From assembly GCA_045863235.1 (NCBI GenBank), contig BTUM01000048.1:1-59734 (forward strand): a stretch of DNA of 59,734 bases, in the 5' to 3' direction. The notes under the pieces were generated by a model, which saw only the letters and a list, made by a program, of their open reading frames with translations, was not told where the DNA came from and ran no database searches. The translations under genes were made by a program, and so were the position numbers. Source of the DNA: Candidatus Xenobia bacterium. GTDB lineage: Bacteria; Vulcanimicrobiota; Xenobia; Xenobiales; QWHO01. Positions 37,705 to 45,555 of this stretch are shown in pieces; position 1 is the first letter of the stretch; every line of letters begins with the position of its first letter.

Positions 37705-39189
37705 ATGCTGATACGAGAGGCGCAGTCCGTTCTTTCCGCCCCGGCGCGCCCGCCCCGGGCCAGGGGCTCGGCCGATCCCACCGACCGGGTGGAGATCAGC
37801 GGCCAGACCGTGCCCGTGGCCCACCAGCGCGAGCTGCGCGGGGCCTGGGTGGCCAGCGTCTGGAACATCAACTTCCCAAGCGCCGCGGGCCTGCCGGCCG
37901 AGCAGCAGAAGTTCGAGCTGACGGCCATGCTCGATCGGCTCAAGGATTGCGGCTTCAACGCAGTCTTCTTCCAGGTGCGCCCCGAGGGAGACGCGCTCTA
38001 TCGCTCGGAGAACGAGCCCTGGAGCGCCTGGCTGACGGGAGAGCAGGGGCGGCCTCCGGGCTACGATCCCCTGGAATTCCTCATCCAGGAGGCCCATGCG
38101 CGCAACATCGAAGTGCACGCCTGGCTCAATCCCTACCGGGCCCAGTCGGGTCCGCAGGAGCGGGTAGCCCCGCACATCGCGGTGGAGGAGCCCGAGCAGG
38201 TCCATCCCTACGGTGCCCTCAAGTGGATGGACCCGGGCACCGAGATCGTGCGCGAGCGACTGGTGGACGTGGCCCAGGACCTGACCCGGCGCTACGACGT
38301 GGACGGGATCCACTTCGACGACTACTTCTACCCCTATCCCCTGAGCGGCGTGGACTTCCCGGACGAGAAGACCTACAGCGACTACCAGCTCTTCGGAGGC
38401 ACCCTGTCGCGGGCCGACTGGCGGCGCGAGAACGTCAACCAGGCCGTGCGCGAGACCGCCGAAGGGGTGAGGGCGACAAAAGATCACGTGCGCTTCGGCA
38501 TCTCGCCCTTCGGCCTTCCCGCCCCCGAGCGCCCCGAAGGGGTGAGTGGCTTCGACCAGTATGAGGGTCTCTACGCCGATACCCAGAAGTGGATGGACCG
38601 GGGCTGGGTGGACTACCTCGCTCCCCAGCTCTACTGGCCCACCAGCTCGACGCGGCAGCCCTACGAGACGTTGCTGAACTGGTGGACCGACCACGCCCGC
38701 GAGGGGCACTATGTCTTTGCGGGCAACGACCTCACCTCGCTGGGCAAGAATGAGCGCTGGACGGTGGATGAGTTCCGCCAGCAGGTGGAGATCTGCCGCT
38801 CGCGGGCCGAGCAGGGCTCGCAGGGCAACATCTGGTACAACGTGGGGCCGTTGATGGAGAACCGTCAGGGGATCGCGGACGTCTTCCAGGACGAGCTCTA
38901 CGCCCGGCCCGCCCTGACGCCGCCCCTGGCGGGGGCGGCCGGCCGCCCGGTGGCCGCTCCCAAGGTAGGGGTCGAAGGCGGAGTTCTGCAGCTCGAGCAC
39001 CGCGACGATGCGCCGCTGCGGGCCTGGACGGTGTACCGCCGCGAGGGCGAGGGATGGGAGCTCGACCGCGTTCTGCCCGGGGACAAGACCATTCTGGAGC
39101 TGCCCGCCGGGGAGTGGGCCATCGCGGCCGCCACCAAGCACGGCAACGAGAGCCAGGGGGTGGTGGTCACCACAGGCGGCTCTCGATAG
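37705..39189 (+). CDS. GHL10 (YddW/DigH-like) glycoside hydrolase
   Basis: ELRGAWVASV.NI.FPS, FFQVRPEGDALY, EVHAWLNPYR, YDVDGIHFDDYFYPY, FGISPFG, DYLAPQLYW; TAGACT 7 nt before ATG. Confidence 0.92.
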   Translation: MLIREAQSVLSAPARPPRARGSADPTDRVEISGQTVPVAHQRELRGAWVASVWNINFPSAAGLPAEQQKFELTAMLDRLKDCGFNAVFFQVRPEGDALYRSENEPWSAWLTGEQGRPPGYDPLEFLIQEAHARNIEVHAWLNPYRAQSGPQERVAPHIAVEEPEQVHPYGALKWMDPGTEIVRERLVDVAQDLTRRYDVDGIHFDDYFYPYPLSGVDFPDEKTYSDYQLFGGTLSRADWRRENVNQAVRETAEGVRATKDHVRFGISPFGLPAPERPEGVSGFDQYEGLYADTQKWMDRGWVDYLAPQLYWPTSSTRQPYETLLNWWTDHAREGHYVFAGNDLTSLGKNERWTVDEFRQQVEICRSRAEQGSQGNIWYNVGPLMENRQGIADVFQDELYARPALTPPLAGAAGRPVAAPKVGVEGGVLQLEHRDDAPLRAWTVYRREGEGWELDRVLPGDKTILELPAGEWAIAAATKHGNESQGVVVTTGGSR

Positions 39190-39354
39190 AGGCTTCGACC
39201 ATCGTGATCATCTCGCGAGGTGACGGGAACGATGGTCGGTCAGAGTCGGGGAAACCCTGCTCCGAATGGTGGGCGCAGGGCACTCAACCCGCCGGCGCAA
39301 TCGAGCGAGTGCTCGTGGGCAGTTGCTCCGTGGAACCACTATCCCCAAGCCTGG

Positions 39355-40029
39355 TTAGATGTCTGTCGAGGGAGCCTCAGGCTCGGCCTTCTTCTTTCTC
39401 AGGACCACGCCGCCGATCTGAACCTGCTGGCCGTCCTCGCGCACATCCGACTCGGGCAGAGCCTGGCGTGTCTCGGCCGCGACCTGCCGGTCCTTATGGT
39501 AGGCCTGGAGCTCGGACTGGTGCAGGCTGACTTTGGCCCTCAGGCCGCTGGCCAGGGACTTCACCTGGACCGCGGCCAGGGCGCTCCCGCCCCACAGTGC
39601 CGCCCCCGCCAGGGGGCGAACCCACTCGGGGGCTGCCGTCAGGGCTACGCCGATCAGCTTCATGGGCAAAAAGACGCCGGCCAGAGAGCCAGCCGCGGCG
39701 GCGGCGCAGGCCAGCGCGATGGTCGCCTTCATACCCAGGCCCTTTTTGTGATGGGCCATCAGCGCCAGGGCCGTCCCGACCACGACTCCGGTCAGGCCGC
39801 CCACCATGGCCGGAGCAAAAGAGATCAAGCTGGGAACCAGGAGGCCTACGGCGGCCCCAGCCGCGGTGGCACCCACCAGGGTCAGGGCGCTCTTGCGCCG
39901 GAAACTGGCCACCTCGGGCGGCTCTGCGGGAGGGGCCGGCTCGAGCAGGTCCTGGGGCACCTCGGGACGGACCGCGGCTGCCGAGCGAACGGACACTGTT
40001 GAGCCGGGGATGGTTTGCTGGACGATCAT
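39355..40029 (-). CDS. Multi-TM hypothetical protein with shared C-terminal motif
   Basis: Low-complexity leader, about four Gly/Ala-rich hydrophobic helices, ends VREDGQQVQIGGVVLRKKKAEPEAPSTDI. Confidence 0.8.
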   Translation of the reverse strand: MIVQQTIPGSTVSVRSAAAVRPEVPQDLLEPAPPAEPPEVASFRRKSALTLVGATAAGAAVGLLVPSLISFAPAMVGGLTGVVVGTALALMAHHKKGLGMKATIALACAAAAAGSLAGVFLPMKLIGVALTAAPEWVRPLAGAALWGGSALAAVQVKSLASGLRAKVSLHQSELQAYHKDRQVAAETRQALPESDVREDGQQVQIGGVVLRKKKAEPEAPSTDI

Positions 40030-40062
40030 ACCTTGCCAGGGTAGCCGCAGAGGCTTAAAGAA
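40030..40062 (-). promoter_or_regulatory. Shared promoter (copy 3)
   Basis: TTCTTTAAG-N10-TACCCT-N8-ATG on the minus strand; upstream partner box weak. Confidence 0.6.
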
Positions 40063-40096
40063 TCCTACCCGAGCGGTCACTCCCGGCATCGGTGCG

Positions 40097-40318
40097 CCAC
40101 CGACCTCGAGCGGTGGGTCTCCGGCGCCACCAACCTCAAGCTGGCATTCTCGGGTGGGGCACACACCGGTCTCCGCCACCAACCTCGAGCTGGCATTCTC
40201 GGGTGGGCACGCGTCTCCGCCACCAACCTCGAGCTGGCATTCTCGGGTGGGGCACGCACCCGGTCTCCGCCACCAACCTCGAGTTGGCTACTCTCGGGTG
40301 CGGGCACACACCGGTCTC
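40097..40318. repeat. Tandem array, 4 units of 44-50 bp plus a partial unit
   Basis: CCACCAACCTCGAGCTGGCATTCTCGGGTGGGGCAC..GTCTCCG at 40127, 40176, 40220 and 40270. Confidence 0.9.
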
Positions 40319-40443
40319 TTGCGCCAGCAGGGCGGGTCCATACCCCGGGCGCTCCTCCACCCGGGCGCCAGGCGCGGAGGATGAGAACGCGGGCGAGGGG
40401 TCATTGATCGCGTGTGATGACCCGGCAGATGGCGGTGTCAAGC

Positions 40444-41688
40444 TCAGGGAGGGAAGCTGCCGCGCACCAGTCCTTTGTCGCCTGCCACCAGGTAGTCGCC
40501 CTGGTTGTTCAGACCCACGCCCATGCCGCTTTCTGAGTAGCCCACATCGAGCCGCTCGCCCGAGGGAGTGGTCAGGTACTCCCAGCGAGCCTGGCCGTCG
40601 GCGATCTGGCCCCGGATGACCCCTTTGTCCCCGGCCACGACGAACTGGCCACGCTCGTTCACAGAGACGCCCAGGCCGCTCTCGGAGTAGCCCAGGTCGA
40701 GGCGCTCGGTGCCTTCCTGCAAGAACTGGTAACCCTGGCCCAGGCGACCAAAGATGACTCCCTTGTCGCCCGCCACCATGAACTGGCCGGAGTTGTTCAG
40801 GGCCGCGCCAAGACCGCTCTCGGAGTAGCCCAGGTCGAGCCGCTCGCGTCCTTCCTGGAGGTATTGGAAGGTGGGATTGCCCTCGTTCAGGTCGCCGTGC
40901 ACGATGCCCCGATCGCCCGCCACCAGGAACTGCCCGTGGTCGTTCAGGGCCGCGCCCAGGCCGCTCTCGGAGTAGCCCAGGTCGAGACGCTCTCCGCCCT
41001 GCATCAGGTAGCGGAAACTGGCACTGCCGTCCTCGCCGAGCTGTCCGTGCACGATGCCCCTGTCACCCGCCACCAGGAACTGCCCGTTCTCGTTCAGGGC
41101 GGCTCCCAGGCCGCTCTCGGAATAGCCCAGGTCGAGGGCCTGGCTGCCTTCCATGAGGTAGCTGGCCACCGGTCCGTCGGGAGTCAGACGGCCCACCAGG
41201 ATGCCCCTGTCGCCGGCGATCACGAACTGGCCCTTCTCATTCAGGGCGGCCCCCAGGCCACTCTCGGAGTAGCCCAGGTCCACCAGATTGCCGGCGGCAT
41301 CGCGCAAGAGCTCGCCGTTGATCAGGATGCCCCTGTCGCCGGCCGCGATGAAGTCGCCCCGGTCGTTGAGGGCGGCGGCCAGGCCGCTCTCCGAGTAACC
41401 CAGGTCCACAACCTGGTTGTTCTGGCACACGAGCACCTGGCACTCCGCGGGAGGCGTGGCAGGGGTCGAGGGACCGCAGCCGGCCAGGCCGAGCACGCCC
41501 ACCAGGGAGAGGGCGGCGAACAGGCCCGTCTGCCAGCGGCCGAACTGACGCGGCGCCTCTTGTGAGGTGCGGGGCTGCGAGAGAATAACGGACTCGGTGG
41601 GAGCCTCGTCGGGGGACACCAGCGAGCGCGCGCCGGGTGGTGGGCGGTGGGCCAGGCCGGAGGCCGCCAGAGGGCGGATGGTCAGCAT
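40444..41688 (-). CDS. Putative lipoprotein with 7 near-identical repeats (symmetric beta-propeller)
   Basis: Seven copies of (L/V)D(L/V)GYSESG.....N..G.(F/Y)..AGD(R/K)G; hydrophobic stretch ending LGLAGC after a ~50-aa leader. Confidence 0.85.
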   Translation of the reverse strand: MLTIRPLAASGLAHRPPPGARSLVSPDEAPTESVILSQPRTSQEAPRQFGRWQTGLFAALSLVGVLGLAGCGPSTPATPPAECQVLVCQNNQVVDLGYSESGLAAALNDRGDFIAAGDRGILINGELLRDAAGNLVDLGYSESGLGAALNEKGQFVIAGDRGILVGRLTPDGPVASYLMEGSQALDLGYSESGLGAALNENGQFLVAGDRGIVHGQLGEDGSASFRYLMQGGERLDLGYSESGLGAALNDHGQFLVAGDRGIVHGDLNEGNPTFQYLQEGRERLDLGYSESGLGAALNNSGQFMVAGDKGVIFGRLGQGYQFLQEGTERLDLGYSESGLGVSVNERGQFVVAGDKGVIRGQIADGQARWEYLTTPSGERLDVGYSESGMGVGLNNQGDYLVAGDKGLVRGSFPP

Positions 41689-41730
41689 GGCTCCAGAGTG
41701 CCGCAGCGACCTGAAAGGAGGCTGAACGGC
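41689..41730 (-). promoter_or_regulatory. Shared promoter (copy 4)
   Basis: GCCGTTCAG-N2-TCCTTTCAG-N10-CACTCT-N6-ATG on the minus strand. Confidence 0.7.
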
Positions 41731-41753
41731 GGGGGCGGGGAAAGCTGGCCGGC

Positions 41754-42443
41754 ATGTACAGCCGCTCTGCCCGTTTCTACGACGCGATCTACGGTTTCAA
41801 AGATTACGAGGCCGAGTGCCGGCGGCTTGTCGAGCTCGTCGGTCCGGGTGGGAGCTTGCTGGACGTGGCCTGCGGGACAGGGCTGCACGCGCGCCAACTG
41901 ACCAGGAGCTTCCAGGTCACCGGTGTCGATCTCGATTCCGAGTTGCTCGAGGTGGCCCGGGCAAACGTGCCCCAGGCACAGTTTCTCCAGGCCGACATGC
42001 GCTCGTTTGACCTGGGACGCACCTTTCGGGTGGTCACCTGTCTGTTCAGCTCCATCGCCTACGTGAAGACCGAGCAGGCTCTGCACTCGGCCTGCGCGTG
42101 TCTGGCTCGTCACCTGGAGCCAGGCGGCAAGCTCTTGGTCGAGCCCTGGTTGCGGCGCGAGATGCTCAAGCCTGGCCATGTCGGCCTGGACACGGCCGAG
42201 TGCGATGGGGTTCGACTGGCCCGCATGAGCACGTTGGAGATCGTGGGCGAGCTGTCGGTGATCCACTTCCACTACCTGATCGGGTCAGCCGAGGGGATCG
42301 TCCACGAGACCGAGGACCACGAGCTGGCGTTGTTCACGCTGGAGCAGTACCGACAGGCGCTGGAGCAGGCCGGCCTGCAGGTGGAGTTCGAGCCGGAAGG
42401 TCTTTGTGGTCGCGGGCTCTTCACAGGGGTGCGCGTGGATTGA
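41754..42443 (+). CDS. Class I SAM-dependent methyltransferase (TylM1/DesVI-like)
   Basis: A.FYDAIY..KDY..E, LLDVACGTG.H, ADMRSFDLG, TCLFSSIAY, HLEPGG.LLVEPW. Confidence 0.9.
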   Translation: MYSRSARFYDAIYGFKDYEAECRRLVELVGPGGSLLDVACGTGLHARQLTRSFQVTGVDLDSELLEVARANVPQAQFLQADMRSFDLGRTFRVVTCLFSSIAYVKTEQALHSACACLARHLEPGGKLLVEPWLRREMLKPGHVGLDTAECDGVRLARMSTLEIVGELSVIHFHYLIGSAEGIVHETEDHELALFTLEQYRQALEQAGLQVEFEPEGLCGRGLFTGVRVD

Positions 42444-42484
42444 CCTTCAGCTTGCTTTAAGCCCCGCGACGTATCCTCGAGCCG
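42442..42484 (+). promoter_or_regulatory. Shared promoter (copy 5)
   Basis: GACCTTCAG-N2-TGCTTTAAG-N10-TATCCT-N7-ATG. Confidence 0.7.
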
Positions 42485-43006
42485 ATGACGATTCAAGGAC
42501 TGCCCGATTGGGCCAAAACCTCCTACGCGTGCGTCGAGCGCAAGCTGGTCAAGCCTGAGGTGGCCTGGAAGTTCGACTGGAACTTCCCCCACTTCGACAA
42601 CAAGTATTCCAGCCAGTGTGAGTCCTATCTGGGACTGGACGAGACCCTGGCCGATCAGGCCCTGGATCAGCCCGACTTCGTGAAGCTCAAGAACCAGAAC
42701 GGGACCGAGGTGACGGCTTCCGGGGACGCCAAATCCGGCTACTACGTCGAAGCTGCCACTGAGAAATGCGTGGTGGCACGTTTCTCCGAGAACGCGGTAG
42801 ACCACTTCACCCTGAGCCCCGACGGCGGCTGCGAGTGGATGCACGTCGACCGCAAGAACACGGGCCGCAGCTTCCAGCTCCTGTTCCAGGTGGACCCCAC
42901 GCGGCTCGAGGTGGAGTCGCTCACCTCCGACCCCCGCGGCCAGGGCGTCTCCGAGCGCGACGGTGCTGTCGTGGTGGGCGGAACCGCAGTCCGCAAGCGC
43001 TCCTGA
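42485..43006 (+). CDS. Hypothetical protein with shared C-terminal motif
   Basis: 173 aa; ends VSERDGAVVVGGTAVRKRS. Confidence 0.8.
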   Translation: MTIQGLPDWAKTSYACVERKLVKPEVAWKFDWNFPHFDNKYSSQCESYLGLDETLADQALDQPDFVKLKNQNGTEVTASGDAKSGYYVEAATEKCVVARFSENAVDHFTLSPDGGCEWMHVDRKNTGRSFQLLFQVDPTRLEVESLTSDPRGQGVSERDGAVVVGGTAVRKRS

Positions 43007-43129
43007 CCTTTGATGACGCAGGTTCGCACGCGGGCCGCGTCGTCTGCTCGGGCGCAGCATTCTGGCCGGCTGATTCGCTTGCGAAGCGGGGCACCATCAC
43101 TCTGTCAGGAGCTGCGCGACGCCCAACAT

Positions 43130-43188
43130 CCAACATTCTCGTGGTGGCGGCCCCTGAGAGCGGAGCCGGTTTGCGGCCGGACTTCTAG
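43130..43188 (-). repeat. REP/MITE family copy overlapping a stop codon
   Basis: CTAGAAGTCCGGCCGCAAACC...CCGCCACCACGAGAATGTTG; its TAG is the stop of 43185-44021. Confidence 0.7.
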
Positions 43189-44021
43189 CCCAGGTCTTTC
43201 TCATAGCGCCAGAAGACCCGCTCGATGAAAGCGCCGCAGGCGCGGGCGTAGAAGCGGAAGGGCCCCACCCAGGGGATGGTGCAGCGCTCCAGGCCCTGAG
43301 CCTGGAAGTCCTGCAGGCAGCGAGCGAGCAGCACTCCGCCCAGGCCGGCGCCGCGGTGCTCTGGGCTGGTGCCCATGGGGCCGAACCATCCCGTGCCGCG
43401 GTTGTTGGCGTCGTAGCCGGCAAAGCCGAGCAGCTCGGGGCCCGAGAAGGCAAGGTGCAGGCTGATGGGGCGGTTGCTCAGCATCACCTCCACCTCGGCC
43501 TGCCAGGGGGCAAAGTGCTGCTGCAAGAACTCCATGACCACCAGTCGGTCCTCACCGGTTGCCCGGCGTACCTCGAAGCCCTCCGGGGCAGGGCGGGCAA
43601 AATCGCGCCCGGTCAGCTCGCAGCACAGGTTGTAGCACTCGCCGAACTTGTGGTAGCCGTGCTTTTCGAAGAACACAATGGCCTCGGTGTAGCGCACGTC
43701 CAGACCGGGCAAGAGGTAGTTGGGCACGCTCTCGATGGCGCGCAGCTTTTTGGCACGGAGCGCACGCTCCACGGCCTGCAAGAGCTCTGATCCGATCCCC
43801 CGGCGTCGGTGCTCGGGAGCAACCGCGATCAGCTTGATGGATCCGCGCGGCACTCCGTGGCAGAAGCCGAGCAGTCCGTCCTCCTCCCACACCAGGGTGG
43901 TGCCGGGGTCTTCGTGCACCTTCTCGCGCAAGAGCGGGGCGGTGAGGGTGTCAAAGCGCAGACTGCGCTGCAACAGCTCGAGCAGAGCCGGCTCGTCTTG
44001 CTCTTGGAATGCTCGAATCAC
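43185..44021 (-). CDS. Tandem GNAT-family acetyltransferase
   Basis: Two acetyl-CoA motifs: VAPEHRRRGIGSEL and TSPEHRGAGLGGVL. Confidence 0.88.
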   Translation of the reverse strand: MIRAFQEQDEPALLELLQRSLRFDTLTAPLLREKVHEDPGTTLVWEEDGLLGFCHGVPRGSIKLIAVAPEHRRRGIGSELLQAVERALRAKKLRAIESVPNYLLPGLDVRYTEAIVFFEKHGYHKFGECYNLCCELTGRDFARPAPEGFEVRRATGEDRLVVMEFLQQHFAPWQAEVEVMLSNRPISLHLAFSGPELLGFAGYDANNRGTGWFGPMGTSPEHRGAGLGGVLLARCLQDFQAQGLERCTIPWVGPFRFYARACGAFIERVFWRYEKDLG

Positions 44022-45274
44022 TTGTCCGAGAACGTGGCGATGAACTCGCGGTCGCGCCAGGCCAGCCAGGCTACCCAGAAGCTTGGCAGCGTGCAGATCA
44101 GGATGTAGAGGAAGAATCCCTGAAAGCCCAGGGCCGTCTTGACGTATCCGGAGACCATCTGGGGCAGCATCAGGCTCAGCGCCATGAAGCCGGTGCAGAT
44201 GGCGTAGTGGGACGTCTGGCGATCGCCCCTGGAGAAGTACATCAGATAGAGCATATAAGCGGTGAAGCCGAAGCCGTAGCCGAACTGCTCCAGAAACAGG
44301 AAGGCACTGATGAGCACCAGGTTGTCAGGCTGGGCCACGGCCAGGTAGAGGAAGGCCGCATTGGGCACGTGCATGGTCACGATCAGGATCCAGAAGAGCT
44401 TTCTCAGGCCGAAGCGAGCCACCAGAAATCCAGCCAGGATGCCCCCGCAGATGATGCCCAGCACGCCGTAAGTGCCATAGGCGATGCCCACCTGCTCGGT
44501 GCTCAGGGCCAGGCCGCCCTTGGCGTGGGGGCCGGTCAGGAAGGGGGCTACCATGGCCAGCAGCTGGGCCTCGGCGAAGCGGAACAAGAGCATGAAGGCG
44601 ATGGCCGTCTGAATGGCGGGCCTGGCGAAGAAGGTGCGGAAGCTCTCCAGGTAGCCGGCGAAGAAGTTCTCCTCGCGCACCGGCTGGTCGGCAGGGGGTC
44701 GGGGCAGCACCACCAGGTGGTAGACGGCCACGGCCACGAAGGCTGCCGCCGGAATGCAGAGCACGGTGGACCAGCCCTGCAGCTTGCCCATCGAGAGGGT
44801 GAGCCGCCCGGCGGCGGCCACCATGAACCCCTTGGCGCACAGCATGGCCAGCCGGTAGGCGGTGGCCCGGACGCCTGTGAACTGAGCCTGATCGCGCTCT
44901 TCCAACCCCAGCATGTAAAAGCCGTCGGCGGCGATGTCGTGGGTGGCCGAGGTGAAGGCCATGACCCAGAGCACGGCGGCGCTCAAAAAGAGCCAGTTAG
45001 GCAAGTGCAAGGTGGCGGCCAGGGTAAAGAAGCAGGCCGCCAGCACCAGCTGCATGGCGACGATCCACCAGCGCTTGGTCTTGACCAGGTCGACCATGGG
45101 GCTCCAGAGTGGCTTGAGCACCCAGGGCAGGTACATCGAGCCGGTGATCAGGCCGAGTTGAATGGCGTCCACGCCCAGGTCGTTGTAGAGGAACTTGGCC
45201 GTGTCCGAGACCACCGCGTTGGGGATACTCTCGGCGAAATACAGGGTGGGCACCCACAGCCAGGCTCGCTTCAC
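44018..45274 (-). CDS. AmpG-like MFS permease
   Basis: WVPTLYFAE..P, LPWVLKPLWSPMVD, SATHDIAADGFY, TSHYAICTGFMAL; start inferred at GTG 45274. Confidence 0.88.
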   Translation of the reverse strand: MKRAWLWVPTLYFAESIPNAVVSDTAKFLYNDLGVDAIQLGLITGSMYLPWVLKPLWSPMVDLVKTKRWWIVAMQLVLAACFFTLAATLHLPNWLFLSAAVLWVMAFTSATHDIAADGFYMLGLEERDQAQFTGVRATAYRLAMLCAKGFMVAAAGRLTLSMGKLQGWSTVLCIPAAAFVAVAVYHLVVLPRPPADQPVREENFFAGYLESFRTFFARPAIQTAIAFMLLFRFAEAQLLAMVAPFLTGPHAKGGLALSTEQVGIAYGTYGVLGIICGGILAGFLVARFGLRKLFWILIVTMHVPNAAFLYLAVAQPDNLVLISAFLFLEQFGYGFGFTAYMLYLMYFSRGDRQTSHYAICTGFMALSLMLPQMVSGYVKTALGFQGFFLYILICTLPSFWVAWLAWRDREFIATFSDK

Positions 45275-45391
45275 CCGCCCCGGTTCCGCGCCGGGGGGAG
45301 GTCCCCTGCCTGGGCAGGCCACGCTCCTCGAGCAATTCTCGATGCAAACGCTCTCAGTCCCGGGACGGTGTAGCTGACCAGAACCCCTGGC

Positions 45392-45534
45392 CGGGTCCCG
45401 AGCCTGAAGGGCGAGTTTGCCAGGTTCAGGCTGGCGAGAACCCAGACGCGTTCGGGTCCCGAGCCTGAAGGGCGAGTTTGCCAGGTTCAGGCTGGCGAGA
45501 AACCCAGACGCGTTCGGGTCTCGAGCCTGAAGGG
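45392..45534. repeat. Tandem repeat of 61-62 bp, about 2.3 copies
   Basis: CGGGTC(C/T)CGAGCCTGAAGGG.. at 45392, 45453 and 45515; internal AGCCTGAA/TTCAGGCT inverted repeat. Confidence 0.9.
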
Positions 45535-45555
45535 TTGCTGACAGCCGACTGAGCT

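Noticed and set aside
42458..42488. Sigma28-like promoter (TAAG...GCCGATGA)
   Set aside because: Spacing is wrong and it overlaps the start codon; the shared direct-repeat promoter explains the region better.
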